64,000 nucleotides of DNA from an uncultured Actinomycetota bacterium (lineage in GTDB: Bacteria; Actinomycetota; UBA4738; HRBIN12). The notes beneath the pieces are model-generated. The model searched no databases, was not told where the DNA came from, and worked only from the letters and a program-made list of their open reading frames with translations. Position 1 is the stretch's first letter; every line of letters starts with the position of its first letter. Shown piece by piece: positions 35,401 through 44,217 of this stretch. The stretch lies in the NCBI GenBank assembly GCA_963711655.1, contig CAVQEW010000007.1, positions 12,990 to 76,989 on the forward strand, written 5' to 3'. The position numbers were made by a program, and so were the translations under genes.

Positions 35401-35822
35401 CACGCTGGAACCACGGGTGCTCGTCCGAGGTGTGGTTCATCACGACCTCGGTGATCACCCGGAGGTCCCGTCGATGCGCCTCCTTGAGCAGGGTCCGGAA
35501 GTCGCGCATCGTCCCGTACGCGGGATGGATCGCCTTGTACGCCGAGATGTCGTAGCCGTCGTCCCGCAGCGGGGAGGGATAGAACGGCAGCAGCCACACG
35601 GCCGTCGCGCCGAGGTCCCTGATGTGATCGAGGCGCTGCACGAGCCCGGCCAGGTCCCCCACCCCGTCGGCGTTGCTGTCCTGGTACGCCCGCACGTGGA
35701 GCTCGTAGATCACGGCGTCCTGGTACCAGCGGGAGGCCGGCGTCGCGCCGAGGGCCGGCTCGTCGCAACACGGGAGCGTCGGTGAGTGCCGGCTCGGCGT
35801 CGGTCCGGGTGCGGGCGGTCAC
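32460..35822 (-). pseudogene. treS: Fused trehalose synthase-maltokinase (TreS-Pep2/Mak), 3 frame changes (about 35740, 34010 and 33710)
   Basis: TreS part: DAVIYELHVRAYQDSNADGVGDL, DLNFDEP, GVDGLRLDAVPYL, FLRNHDELTLEMV. Linker ERSLPRFLVRQRWFGAKGR. Maltokinase part: RIHGDYHLGQVL, IIDFEGEP. Pieces are in ORFs 34581..35963, 33695..35713, 32944..33945 and 32460..33698. GTG 35822 overlaps the glgE stop (GTGA). Confidence 0.85.
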
Positions 35823-37765
35823 GGGGTCCTGCTTCCGGTGGGTTCGATCGCGAGGACGTGACCCGGCTGGTGTCCGGGATGGAGCTCCACGAAGTTCCGC
35901 GCTCCGGTCCACGTGAAGGTCTCCCCTCCGAGGAGGTCCCGGGCGACGAACGGGGCGTCCCACGCCATCCCGAGCTCCGGCATCCGCAGGTCCACCCAGC
36001 CCGACCGGGGATTCGCCGGATCGAGGTTCACGATGACGACGATGCCGTCGGTGCCGTCGGGGAGCGACTTGCTGTAGGCGAGCAGCTGATCGTCATCGGT
36101 GGGGTGGAACCGCAGCGTCTTGTCGTGCTGCAGGGAAGGATGCTCCCGCCGGATCTGGTTCACGCGCGCGATCAGCTCCCGCATCCCGGTGGCGGCGGCC
36201 GGTCGGAACCGTCGCTCGTACTTCTCGGAGTCACGGTATTCCTCCGAGCCGGGTTCCCTCGGCTCGCGCTCCATGTGCTCGAACGCCGGTCCGTAGATGC
36301 CGTAGTTGGCGCCGAGGGTCGCCGCCAGCAGGAATCGCAGCCGGAACGCCGGCGGTCCGCCTTCCTGGAGCTGATCGGTGAGGATGTCGGGCGTGTTGGG
36401 CCACAGGTTCGGCCGGAGGAAGTCGCGGGGCGGTCCCTGGGTGAGCTCGGTGAGGTACTCCGTCAGCTCGTCCCTGGACCGGCGCCACGTGAAGTAGGTG
36501 TAGGACTGATCGAAGCCGATCTTGGCGAGCCGCTCCATCACGCGCGGGCGGGTGAACGCCTCCGACAGGAACAGGACGTCGGGGTGATCCCGCTTCACCT
36601 CGGCGAGCAGCCACTCCCAGAACGCGAACGGCTTCGTGTGCGGGTTGTCGACGCGGAAGATCGGGACGTCGCGCTCGGCCCAGAACAGCACCACGTCGAG
36701 GAGCGCGCGCCACAGGCCGTCCCGATCCTTCGTCTCGAAGTCGATCGGGTAGATGTCCTCGTACCGCTTCGGCGGGTTCTCGGCGTAGCGGATCGTGCCG
36801 TCGGCGCGGTGCCGGAACCACTCCGGATGCTCCGTCACCCACGGATGGTCGGGGGAGCACTGGAAGGCGAGGTCGAGGGCGAGCTCCATCTCGTGTCGCT
36901 TCAGCTCCGCGAGCAGGTGCTCGAAGTCGTCGAACGTCCCCAGGTCGGGATGGATCGCGGTGTGCCCCCCGGCCTCGGATCCGATCGCCCAGGGGCTCCC
37001 CGGATCGTCCGGCCGCGCCGTCATCACGTTGTTCGGGCCCTTGCGGCTGGTGTGCCCGATCGGATGGATCGGCGGGAGGTACAGGACGTCGAACCCGAGC
37101 TCCGCGATGTCGGGGACCAGGGCGGCGACGTCACGGAGCGTGCCGTGCCGCGCCGGGTCGGGGGACGCCGAGCGCGGGAAGAGCTCGTACCACGCGCCGT
37201 GGCGCGCCCGCTCGCGAGCGGCGTCCATCACGAACTCCGCCGATGTGGCCGCGCCACGGCGCCGGTCCGGGTACGCCGCCATCAGGCCGTGGAGGTTCTC
37301 GGACACGGCGAGCGCGGAGGCCTTCGCGGTGTCCTTCCCACGGATGACCCTCACCGCCCGCTGCAGCTGTTCGGCGACGTCGGTCGCGCCGGCGGCGCGC
37401 GCCCGCTTGGAGGCGCCGCCGACGAGCGCCGCACCCTCCCGGAGCTCCACGGTCAGGTCCTGGCCGGCACCGAGCCGCTTCTCGAGGTCCGACCGCCAGG
37501 TCGCCCACGTGTCGATCCAGCCCTCGACCCGGAAGTGATACCGGCCGGGCTCGTCGATCGGCACCTCCGCACGCCAGTGGTCGTTCCCCAGGGGAACCAT
37601 CGGGGTCTCTCGCGGGTCGGCATCGTCATGACGGAGGAGGACGCGCGCGGCCGGCAGGTCGTGGCCGTCGGTGAAGACGTCCGCTTCGATCGATGCGACC
37701 TCACCGACCGAGGTCTTCGCGGGGAAGAGCCCGCCGTCCACGGTCGGCGAAACGTGCTCGATCAC
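35819..37765 (-). CDS. glgE: Alpha-1,4-glucan:maltose-1-phosphate maltosyltransferase
   Basis: Intact 648 aa. IEHVSPTVDGGLFPAK, WYELFPRS, GFDVLYLPPIHPIG, GSPWAIGS, IFRVDNPHTKP, FLSEAFTRP and NLWPNTPDIL. Confidence 0.95.
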   Translation of the reverse strand: MIEHVSPTVDGGLFPAKTSVGEVASIEADVFTDGHDLPAARVLLRHDDADPRETPMVPLGNDHWRAEVPIDEPGRYHFRVEGWIDTWATWRSDLEKRLGAGQDLTVELREGAALVGGASKRARAAGATDVAEQLQRAVRVIRGKDTAKASALAVSENLHGLMAAYPDRRRGAATSAEFVMDAARERARHGAWYELFPRSASPDPARHGTLRDVAALVPDIAELGFDVLYLPPIHPIGHTSRKGPNNVMTARPDDPGSPWAIGSEAGGHTAIHPDLGTFDDFEHLLAELKRHEMELALDLAFQCSPDHPWVTEHPEWFRHRADGTIRYAENPPKRYEDIYPIDFETKDRDGLWRALLDVVLFWAERDVPIFRVDNPHTKPFAFWEWLLAEVKRDHPDVLFLSEAFTRPRVMERLAKIGFDQSYTYFTWRRSRDELTEYLTELTQGPPRDFLRPNLWPNTPDILTDQLQEGGPPAFRLRFLLAATLGANYGIYGPAFEHMEREPREPGSEEYRDSEKYERRFRPAAATGMRELIARVNQIRREHPSLQHDKTLRFHPTDDDQLLAYSKSLPDGTDGIVVIVNLDPANPRSGWVDLRMPELGMAWDAPFVARDLLGGETFTWTGARNFVELHPGHQPGHVLAIEPTGSRTP

Positions 37766-37856
37766 GATCCTCGTCAGCTTGGCCGTCTCGGACTCCCCTC
37801 CTTCTTCACGTATACAGGTTCAGAGCCACGACGACGGTGATGGGAGGATGGGGGTC

Positions 37857-38647
37857 ATGACCCGCTTCGCCGCGACTTCGATCGCGCTCGCCCTCGTGCT
37901 CGCGGCAGCATGCTCCCAGACCCCGGGCGACCGTGCCGGGGTCCCGCCCGGACCGACCGGCAAGGACCTGGTGGACGGGATGCCAACGTCCCCGTCGATC
38001 GGCGGACGAGGTGGAACCGTCCGAGCCGGGCGAGACCGAGACGGAAGAGGAGCCGGCGCGGTTCGAGGGCGGCGTCTTCCGGATCGGGCCGAAGCTGCGG
38101 AACGTCTTGATCGGCCGGAACTGGAAGCCCGGCTGCCCGGTCGCGATCGAGGACCTCAGGGTGGTCCGGGTCAGCTACTGGAACTTCCGCGGCGACGTGC
38201 GGACGGGTCCGCTCGTCCTCCACGAACGCGTGGCGAAGGACGTGCTCTGGGTCTTCGAGCGTCTGTTCCAAGGCGAAGTTCCGGATCCAGGAGATCAAGC
38301 TCGCGGCGAAGGACCGGCCCCTCACGCCGAAGGATTACTGGAACACGACTCGCCGAAGCGTGACCGCGTCGTTCAACTGCCGGCCCGCGACGGGGAGCAC
38401 GTCGCTGTCGCAGCATTCCTACGGCTGGGCGATCGACATCAACCCGCTCCAGAACCCCTACGTGCGTAACGACGGAACGACGCTCCGCCACATCGCGCAG
38501 CCGTTCCGCGACCGCTCGCTCCACCTCAAGGGGATGATCCACGAGGGCGACATCGTCGTCCGGTCGTTCGCGGCCATCGGCTGGGAGTGGGGCGGGCACT
38601 GGCAGACCCTGAAGGACTACATGCACTTCTCGCTCACGGGCAGATGA
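37857..38647 (+). pseudogene. M15-family (VanY / D-Ala-D-Ala carboxypeptidase-like) zinc peptidase lipoprotein, 2 frame changes (about 37995 and 38270)
   Basis: Signal plus lipobox MTRFAATSIALALVLAAAC. Zn-ligand regions SQHSYGWAIDINP and WGGHWQTLKDYMHFS. Pieces are in ORFs 37671..38363, 37933..38469 and 38360..38647. Divergent from glgE. Confidence 0.75.
38619..38647 (+). repeat. Direct repeat copy 1: the last 9 codons plus stop of the M15 peptidase gene (..Y MHFSLTGR TGA)
   Basis: ACATGCACTTCTCGCTCAC (38619-38637) is identical to 44014-44032. The next 3 codons are synonymous between the copies (ACG GGC AGA vs ACC GGG CGT), and both end in TGA. Confidence 0.9.
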
Positions 38648-38724
38648 AACTGGGGCTGACCTGCGGTGATCGAACGCAGCCACAGTAGGTGTTCGTGGGC
38701 GTCGGGCTGTGATTCCATCTTCTT

Positions 38725-39036
38725 GTGCGTCGAGCACTCGTCTTTGTGGCCCTCGCCGTTCTGCCGGGGTGCGACAACTTCCAGGGGTTCACGGTTGAGA
38801 ATCCCTGCGACTTCGACGTGATCGTCGAGTTCCGCTACGACGAGAACTTTCCGTGGGATATACCGGAGACCGTCCCTGCTCACGGCGAGGACGGAATGAT
38901 GACGCCTTCAGGTGCTGGCGTCGACAGCATGGACGTCCGGATCAGCGCCGAAGGTCGACCTCCGCTAGTGGAGAAGGTACAAGCACCGGACGACCCCCAG
39001 GTGTGGCGCATACCTGACTCGTTCTGTCGCGCCTAG
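38725..39036 (+). CDS. Small lipoprotein, no family recognised
   Basis: MRRALVFVALAVLPGC lipobox. 103 aa with 4 Cys. Codon usage is visibly less G/C-biased than in the flanking operons. Confidence 0.55.
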   Translation: MRRALVFVALAVLPGCDNFQGFTVENPCDFDVIVEFRYDENFPWDIPETVPAHGEDGMMTPSGAGVDSMDVRISAEGRPPLVEKVQAPDDPQVWRIPDSFCRA

Positions 39037-39145
39037 ATCGATTCCTTCACCTTCTTGTCCTCGCCTTCGTCCTCGGCTGCGGCAGATGGCGTCACGCCTC
39101 CGGGAGACCTATAGGAACCGAACGAGGGGCCGATAACCTAATGAC

Positions 39146-39811
39146 GTGCGCGCTCTCCTCTCGATTCTTACCTCGGCAGTTCTCTCCGTGTCCTTCGCCT
39201 GCGACAGAGATGGAGCTGGAGATGTGGGCGCGTCCCTGGGGGATGCAGCGGAAAAGACTATTTCGGCGAACGGCTTCCACATCGAGGGGACGGCCACCTT
39301 CGAGGGGCTGGAGATTGAGACCGAAGGCGACTACGTGGCACCCGACCGCTTCACGTTCGAGTCCTCCGATGGTCGGAGTGCAGCAACTACGACAACGATC
39401 GTCGTGGGCAGGAACAACTACTCCTCAAACTCGGATGACGCGCATCGCTTCACCTTGTGGGAAATGCCATGTGCGATGCCGATCGAGACTTTCATGCCTG
39501 CCCTGGGTACCACGCTTCATGCGCACGATGTTCGCCATCGAGGTAGCGCCTTCACGTTCCGGGCCGAAGGCCTGCAGGGAACGACGATCGATGGAGAGGC
39601 GCTGGTGGAAGACGGATATCTGGTCGGCCTGTCGCTCCGGTACAGCGTCAGCAGTCTCGGAGAACGGGTCGAAGAGACGTGGGTCTTCAGCGATTTCGGA
39701 TCGATAGCGAGCATAGAAGCCCCTCCTGCGGAGCAAGTCGAGGAGCAGTCACAGGATGGTTCGCCCGGCATCATCGACCTGTCGGGCGAGCCCATCGGGT
39801 GCCCCGCCTGA
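39146..39811 (+). CDS. Lipoprotein, possibly a LolA/LppX-like fold (tentative)
   Basis: MRALLSILTSAVLSVSFAC lipobox. 221 aa with a beta-rich composition (FHIEGTATFEGLEIETEGDYVAPDRFTFES). No enzymatic motif seen. Confidence 0.55.
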   Translation: MRALLSILTSAVLSVSFACDRDGAGDVGASLGDAAEKTISANGFHIEGTATFEGLEIETEGDYVAPDRFTFESSDGRSAATTTTIVVGRNNYSSNSDDAHRFTLWEMPCAMPIETFMPALGTTLHAHDVRHRGSAFTFRAEGLQGTTIDGEALVEDGYLVGLSLRYSVSSLGERVEETWVFSDFGSIASIEAPPAEQVEEQSQDGSPGIIDLSGEPIGCPA

Positions 39812-39936
39812 GGTAGAACCCCCCCCGAGGCAAGGCGTCAAGGCCGAGACCGCGACGGCGGCAAGGCCGAGGAGCAGCGAGGATCTCTGGCGGTGAGGTG
39901 AGGACGTTCCTCCCGCTCCAAGCAGGGAGGTCCTCC

Positions 39937-40221
39937 ATGCTCACCCTCGAACGCGTCTCGGCGTTCCGCGCCGAGCTGCGCGAGTTGCAGAGCAAGTCCT
40001 CATACACCGTTGACGATCTCGCCAGGATCGATGAGATCGGCCAGGTAGATCGCCACGGAGATCGGAGATCGATCGCGTCGGACCACGATCGACGGGCACA
40101 AAACGAACGCTCGTGGTGTCCGGGCCCGATTCCTGCCTTGCGAGTCCGACCCCCGACTGGTCGGACCCCTTCCGCCTCGGCGTGGGTCCGGCCGACACTC
40201 GGGAACCCGCGACCGGGGTGA
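39937..40221 (+). CDS. Hypothetical protein (weak call)
   Basis: GGGAGG lies 6 nt before ATG 39937. The first roughly 35 aa look protein-like (MLTLERVSAFRAELRELQSKSSYTVDDLARIDEIGQ). The Arg/Pro-rich rest looks out of frame. Confidence 0.25.
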   Translation: MLTLERVSAFRAELRELQSKSSYTVDDLARIDEIGQVDRHGDRRSIASDHDRRAQNERSWCPGPIPALRVRPPTGRTPSASAWVRPTLGNPRPG

Positions 40222-40238
40222 GGTGTAGACATGAACAG

Positions 40239-40562
40239 ATGCGCTCGGCAACCAGACTGGTGATCCCTCTCCTGGTCGCGGTCGCCTGCACGGGTGAACC
40301 GCCACGACAGGCGTCGACACCGAGCTTCACAACCTCGCCGTCGACGCCGGGAATCGTCGTCCCTGACGTAGTGGGTCAGAACTTCCTCGAAGCGTTCGTA
40401 GCTGTCTACCCGCCCTTTCGTCTCCGAGACGTCAGGTATCGCGCTTCATCGGAGGTGCCGAACGGCACGATCCTCCGACAGCGACCGGCTCCAGGGACCC
40501 CGGTCGACCCGACCGAGTCCGAGATTCTGATCCGGGTCGTCGTGTCGACCTCGCCCGGCTAG
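40239..40562 (+). CDS. PASTA-domain lipoprotein
   Basis: MRSATRLVIPLLVAVAC lipobox, a Ser/Thr/Pro linker, then one PASTA-like unit VVPDVVGQNFLEA...VPNGTILRQRPAPGTPVDPTESEILIRVVVS. Confidence 0.6.
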   Translation: MRSATRLVIPLLVAVACTGEPPRQASTPSFTTSPSTPGIVVPDVVGQNFLEAFVAVYPPFRLRDVRYRASSEVPNGTILRQRPAPGTPVDPTESEILIRVVVSTSPG

Positions 40563-40928
40563 GTGCACGCTCTGTTCGTTGTCCAGCGGCCCGACGCGAT
40601 CGCGGAGATCCCGACGTTCAGCTAGACCCGCACCAAGAGCGGGGCGTCGCAGGGGTGCCGGAGGCGGTTAGTTCCTCCTCGAAAGGCTCGCCGTCCGAGG
40701 TGGGTCGGATCGTTGCTCCTCGGCGCGGTCCGGCCCACCTCACCACCTTGGGCAGCACGATGGCTCCGGAAGAAGCCGCGCAAGGGGTCTCCTTCACGTG
40801 CCGATAGCTGGGGAGGAAGATCGTTGAGGTTTGCAGGCCGAAGAAACTTCGCGTGAACCCGGTGACGCCAGCGGGGGATTGCGCACCTACTAGCTAGACG
40901 AGGATTTCCCTCAGAGGATTCCAGCCAG

Positions 40929-41399
40929 ATGGAGCTAGAGGATGTCTTTCGAAACCATCAACGAGCCGTGTACGCCTACTTCCTCCGGGTCGTCGGGGAC
41001 CGCCACGCGGCAGAGGAACTCGCTCAGGAGACATTCGTCCGGGCATGCGGAGCGGCACTCAAGTTCCGCGGCGACGCGCCCGTCGCAAGCTGGCTCTTCG
41101 GAATCGCACGTCACGTACTCATGGAGGCGAGCCGGAAGCGTCTCTTCCGGCGCGACACGAGCATCGAAGGGCTCGACCCGCCAGACCCCGAAGTTGACCA
41201 CGATCTACGTATGGATCTGGAGAGAGCGTTCTCAGCGCTGGGCCTCCTCGACCGCGAGACGCTCGTTCTGGTTGACCTGTTGGGTTTCACGCCAACCGAG
41301 GCGGCAGGTCTCATGACCGTGGAACCGGCCACCTTCCGGATGCGGCTCAATCGAGCCCGCCGCCGACTGCGCGAACAACTGGAGGTTCGAACGCCATGA
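40929..41399 (+). CDS. ECF (group IV) RNA polymerase sigma factor
   Basis: Intact 156 aa. Region 2 (VYAYFLRVVGDRHAAEELAQETFVRA, SWLFGIARHV) and region 4 (RETLVLVDLLGFTPTEAAGLMTVEPATFRMRLNRARRRLR). Confidence 0.9.
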   Translation: MELEDVFRNHQRAVYAYFLRVVGDRHAAEELAQETFVRACGAALKFRGDAPVASWLFGIARHVLMEASRKRLFRRDTSIEGLDPPDPEVDHDLRMDLERAFSALGLLDRETLVLVDLLGFTPTEAAGLMTVEPATFRMRLNRARRRLREQLEVRTP

Positions 41400-41974
41400 A
41401 CGACGAGAGCCCGATCGATCTTCAACTGCTCGACCCTGAGGAGACACCGGACGTCGTGAAAGGAGCGATGCGGCGCTTCCGCTGGCGCGTCGTCATCCTA
41501 ACTGCGGTCCTCGTTGTGGTGGCAGCCTCACTGATCGGCTGGGGTGTGGGAGAGTTCCTGGCATCGCGCCGGATCGCCGAAGAGATCGCGAACGCGGAGC
41601 CGGCGAAGCGCGCGATCATGGGCGACCACACTGGGGCCTACACTTGCAACACAGCGGACTTTGAGCTGGGCAGCTTCCAGGTTGCCGTCCTCCGTGGGGT
41701 ACCAATGCCGGAGGGCGGCTGGGCGCTCCATCTCGTCGTACACGGGGACGCTCCACTCGCCAGCGGAACCGGACGGTTCATGGCCTTCGTTCCGAAGGGG
41801 GCCAAGGCAGTGCAGATCCCCGCTCAGGCCGGGACGACCTGGGCGGACGCGTTCGTCTTGACGCCGAACTCGCTCGGTGACAGCTTCGACGTCGAGCTGA
41901 GGGATCTGCAGGGCGAGCTGGCGGGCACGTTCACAGTTGATGCCGCCGAACTCGAGTGCGACTTCGGAGGCTAG
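41396..41974 (+). CDS. Single-pass membrane protein, putative cognate anti-sigma factor
   Basis: ATGA overlap with the sigma gene. A short cytoplasmic N-terminus, one TM helix (VVILTAVLVVVAASLIGWGV) and a 120-aa extracytoplasmic domain with 2 Cys. No HxxxCxxC (ZAS) motif. Confidence 0.5.
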   Translation: MNDESPIDLQLLDPEETPDVVKGAMRRFRWRVVILTAVLVVVAASLIGWGVGEFLASRRIAEEIANAEPAKRAIMGDHTGAYTCNTADFELGSFQVAVLRGVPMPEGGWALHLVVHGDAPLASGTGRFMAFVPKGAKAVQIPAQAGTTWADAFVLTPNSLGDSFDVELRDLQGELAGTFTVDAAELECDFGG

Positions 41975-42158
41975 GGGCTGAGGGCTGGAGTCGAGTCTCC
42001 TTCCGCCGCGACAATCGCCCCGTCCCGCACCGTCACCTCGCCTCTGGGCCGACTCGCTTACCCTTCCGCCGTGGCCCTGCTCCCGTCGATCCTCGCGGAC
42101 GATTAGCGTCGAGCTGGCTGGGTCGGAGGCGGAAGGCTACCGCCGATATGCTCCACTC

Positions 42159-42398
42159 GTGCGGCGCAAGCCAACTTCAGTCAAGGGGACCGTGAAGCAT
42201 TGGTATGCGGACGAGGGATGGGGCTTGATCACGTCGCCAGACGTTCCAGGCGAGGTCTGGGCTCACTTCTCGGCCTTGGAGGGCGAGGGCTTCAGGGAGT
42301 TGAATGACGGTGACGCCGTAGAGTTCAGCTTTCAGCGAGCGAACCAAGAGGGCTACTCCTACGTGGCGCGCACGGTTCGTCGCGAAGAAGCGCCGTGA
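42159..42398 (+). CDS. Cold-shock-domain protein (divergent RNP1: EGWGLI)
   Basis: GTVKHWYADEGWGLITSPDVPGEVWAHFSALEGEGFRELNDGDAVEFSFQRANQEGYSYVA follows the CspA OB-fold pattern. GTG start as in the ORF track. Confidence 0.8.
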   Translation: MRRKPTSVKGTVKHWYADEGWGLITSPDVPGEVWAHFSALEGEGFRELNDGDAVEFSFQRANQEGYSYVARTVRREEAP

Positions 42399-42399
42399 C

Positions 42400-42547
42400 G
42401 GGATCGATCCGACGCCGATTCGTGCGGCTCTCATCGGTCGTTTACACGCGCGGACGACACGGTGGCACGCCGACGTTCGAGACGTGGGATCGGATCTGCA
42501 AGGCGTTCGGCTGGCCGCAGACGTTCATAGGCGGCCCTCAGCGATGA
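42400..42547 (+). pseudogene. Short XRE-type helix-turn-helix gene remnant, frame-disrupted
   Basis: The frame ending at TGA 42545-47 reads ..YTRGRHGGTPTFETWDRICKAFGWPQTFIGGPQR, which fits the wErG..PtletldrIakALg half of an HTH_XRE. A possible first half (PIRAALIGRSFTRADDTVA) lies in other frames. Its stop overlaps ATG 42544 of the next gene (ATGA). Confidence 0.3.
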
Positions 42548-43248
42548 TGACCTGGGTTCGCAACTGGCTACACGATCGGCACTTGGAGAACGCCGACTAC
42601 CACACGAAGCGTGCGGACTACAAGGCCAAGCTTCGCCAGGCACGTCAGGGTCGCGTGCGCCGGGCCTTAGCGGTGAAGAACCTATTCCCCGGCTTGTGGC
42701 TTAGCGTGGCTGGCCTACTGATCTACGCAGGAGCCGCGCTACTTCAAGACTCTGGAATCGATAGCGATTGGCTTGTAGCGCTTGCCGCCCTCGTTCTGCC
42801 GTTCCTTGGATACCTCGGGTTCGTGTGGATTCGAGAGCGACGCAGGGCAACGGTCGAGCTGTTCACCAGCTACAAGGCGTACTACGACGGAGAGAATCGC
42901 AATCCGTGGGAGCCCTTCTTCGAGGAACGAGCCGATGGCAAGTACCTCTTTCGGCTGGTGCCGAATCAAGAGGGTTTCAGCTACATCGATGTGGACAAGG
43001 TGTCATGCAGTCTCACCATGCCCAAACACACGGTTCATGCCAAGGAGCCCATCGTCGGCCCACGCAGAGTGAGCCGAGACGATCCCATCACATTCCTCTA
43101 CCCGGATGACTTCCCTGAACGCGAGGCGACCTGGCGACTCCCACCAGGGACAGACCAGATCGACTGGCGAATAGAAAGGGCCGACGGCATTAGGCACCAG
43201 GGGGGCGGCCAGATAGTGATTCCGAAGGAAGGTCGGCGGAAACGCTAG
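42544..43248 (+). CDS. Two-TM membrane protein with a 130-aa C-terminal soluble domain, no family recognised
   Basis: ATG 42544 (MMTWVRNWL) is in frame in ORF 42484..43248. Helices LFPGLWLSVAGLLIYAGAALL and WLVALAALVLPFLGYLGFVWI. About 58% G+C in a hand-counted line. Confidence 0.5.
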   Translation: MMTWVRNWLHDRHLENADYHTKRADYKAKLRQARQGRVRRALAVKNLFPGLWLSVAGLLIYAGAALLQDSGIDSDWLVALAALVLPFLGYLGFVWIRERRRATVELFTSYKAYYDGENRNPWEPFFEERADGKYLFRLVPNQEGFSYIDVDKVSCSLTMPKHTVHAKEPIVGPRRVSRDDPITFLYPDDFPEREATWRLPPGTDQIDWRIERADGIRHQGGGQIVIPKEGRRKR

Positions 43249-43339
43249 GAATCGTCCGGCTACGGCTGCTACGGGAGATCCAGGATCTCGGCGTCTAGCA
43301 GGCTCAGGCGACATTCGTGGATGCTCGTGCACCCCGCCG

Positions 43340-43828
43340 TCACCCGACTCGGATCAGGTACCCCTCGTTGTCGTTCGGTGGCCACTGCCCGAGTCCGTAC
43401 ACGGTTCGACATCTGTCAAAGGGATCGTCGATAGTTGCCTGGAGCCACGCTCCAGCGTCACCACGGCCGACGAGCACGCACTGGAGTGGTGACGTCAGCT
43501 CCCCCGAGGGCACCCCCGCCGACGCAGCCACCCGCAGTGCGTCGGCCTCGGCGAAGTCAAACTCCTCGCTCATCCAAGGGGTCATCCGTCGGACCCCCAC
43601 CCCCTCGCCCGAGGGGAGCCGGTATCGCACGAACACCGGGACGGAGCCTCCGTCTCGGAGGCGTACCTCGTATCGGACGAACGGTGGTTGTGATGAGGAG
43701 CAGGTCAGCGACGAGGCGGCGACAAGGCCCGCGATGACCAAAGTCACTGCTCGCACCAGGGGAGTATCCCCCAGCCGGAATATCACTTGGGACGACCCCA
43801 CTGCCGCGTCGCAGTCCAAGGCCGACAC
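43340..43828 (-). CDS. Small membrane/lipoprotein, MmpS-like pattern (tentative)
   Basis: VTLVIAGLVAASSLTC, then VRYEVRLRDGGSVPVFVRYRLP...LQCVLVGRGD...DRCRTV (two Cys). The true start may be internal to the listed ORF. Confidence 0.45.
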   Translation of the reverse strand: MSALDCDAAVGSSQVIFRLGDTPLVRAVTLVIAGLVAASSLTCSSSQPPFVRYEVRLRDGGSVPVFVRYRLPSGEGVGVRRMTPWMSEEFDFAEADALRVAASAGVPSGELTSPLQCVLVGRGDAGAWLQATIDDPFDRCRTVYGLGQWPPNDNEGYLIRVG

Positions 43829-44013
43829 CGGCGAGGTCGCCAGGCCGCGGCTCCTCCGCGCGATCCGGGACCTCGGCGTCCGATCCGCCTGCTAAACGGC
43901 TGCCAAAACGAACTCTCGCCCATCGGTGGCCCCCCGTGACCCTCGGTGCCATCTACCTGCGACGATGCACCGAGGGACACGCGGGGACACGCATGAAAAC
44001 CCCAGGAACGGGA

Positions 44014-44042
44014 ACATGCACTTCTCGCTCACCGGGCGTTGA
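44014..44042 (+). repeat. Direct repeat copy 2: an orphan gene end encoding ..N MHFSLTGR TGA with no gene attached
   Basis: 19/19 nt identical to 38619-38637, followed by 3 synonymous codons and TGA. The in-frame upstream stretch is open for only about 38 codons (back to TAA 43893-95). It has no plausible start and only faint similarity to the peptidase. Confidence 0.9.
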
Positions 44043-44217
44043 TCTGCCCTTGATTTCCCACGGTGGGAATCGCGGCATGTGCGGGCGAAACCGATCGTTG
44101 TCGAGGCGGACCGCCAGGACTAGTCGGCGTCGAGCCACACGAGCAGCATGGCCCCGATGAACTTGGGCGCGTGTAGGTCGCGGGGGGGTACGACGCTCTT
44201 GCGGTCGAGCGTCGAGT

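Noticed and set aside
30319-37840. Three very long plus-strand ORFs (30319..32538 at 739 aa, 33860..35785 at 641 aa, 35786..37840 at 684 aa) opposite malQ, treS and glgE
   Set aside because: They are Arg/Pro/Gly/Ala-rich with no motifs. They lie exactly antisense to genes with unambiguous family signatures. These are the shadow ORFs typical of high-G+C DNA, where stop codons are rare in the antisense frame.
40563-40928. 366-nt intergenic region upstream of the ECF sigma gene, examined for a tRNA, riboswitch or ECF-type promoter
   Set aside because: No cloverleaf-compatible sequence or T-loop motif is present. A GAACC...N16-18...CG-type promoter could be fitted in several places, so none is supported.
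43272-43289. Palindrome GAGATC-CAG-GATCTC between the convergent genes ending at 43248 and 43340, considered as a bidirectional terminator
   Set aside because: It has only a 6-bp stem of moderate G+C and no flanking T/A tracts.
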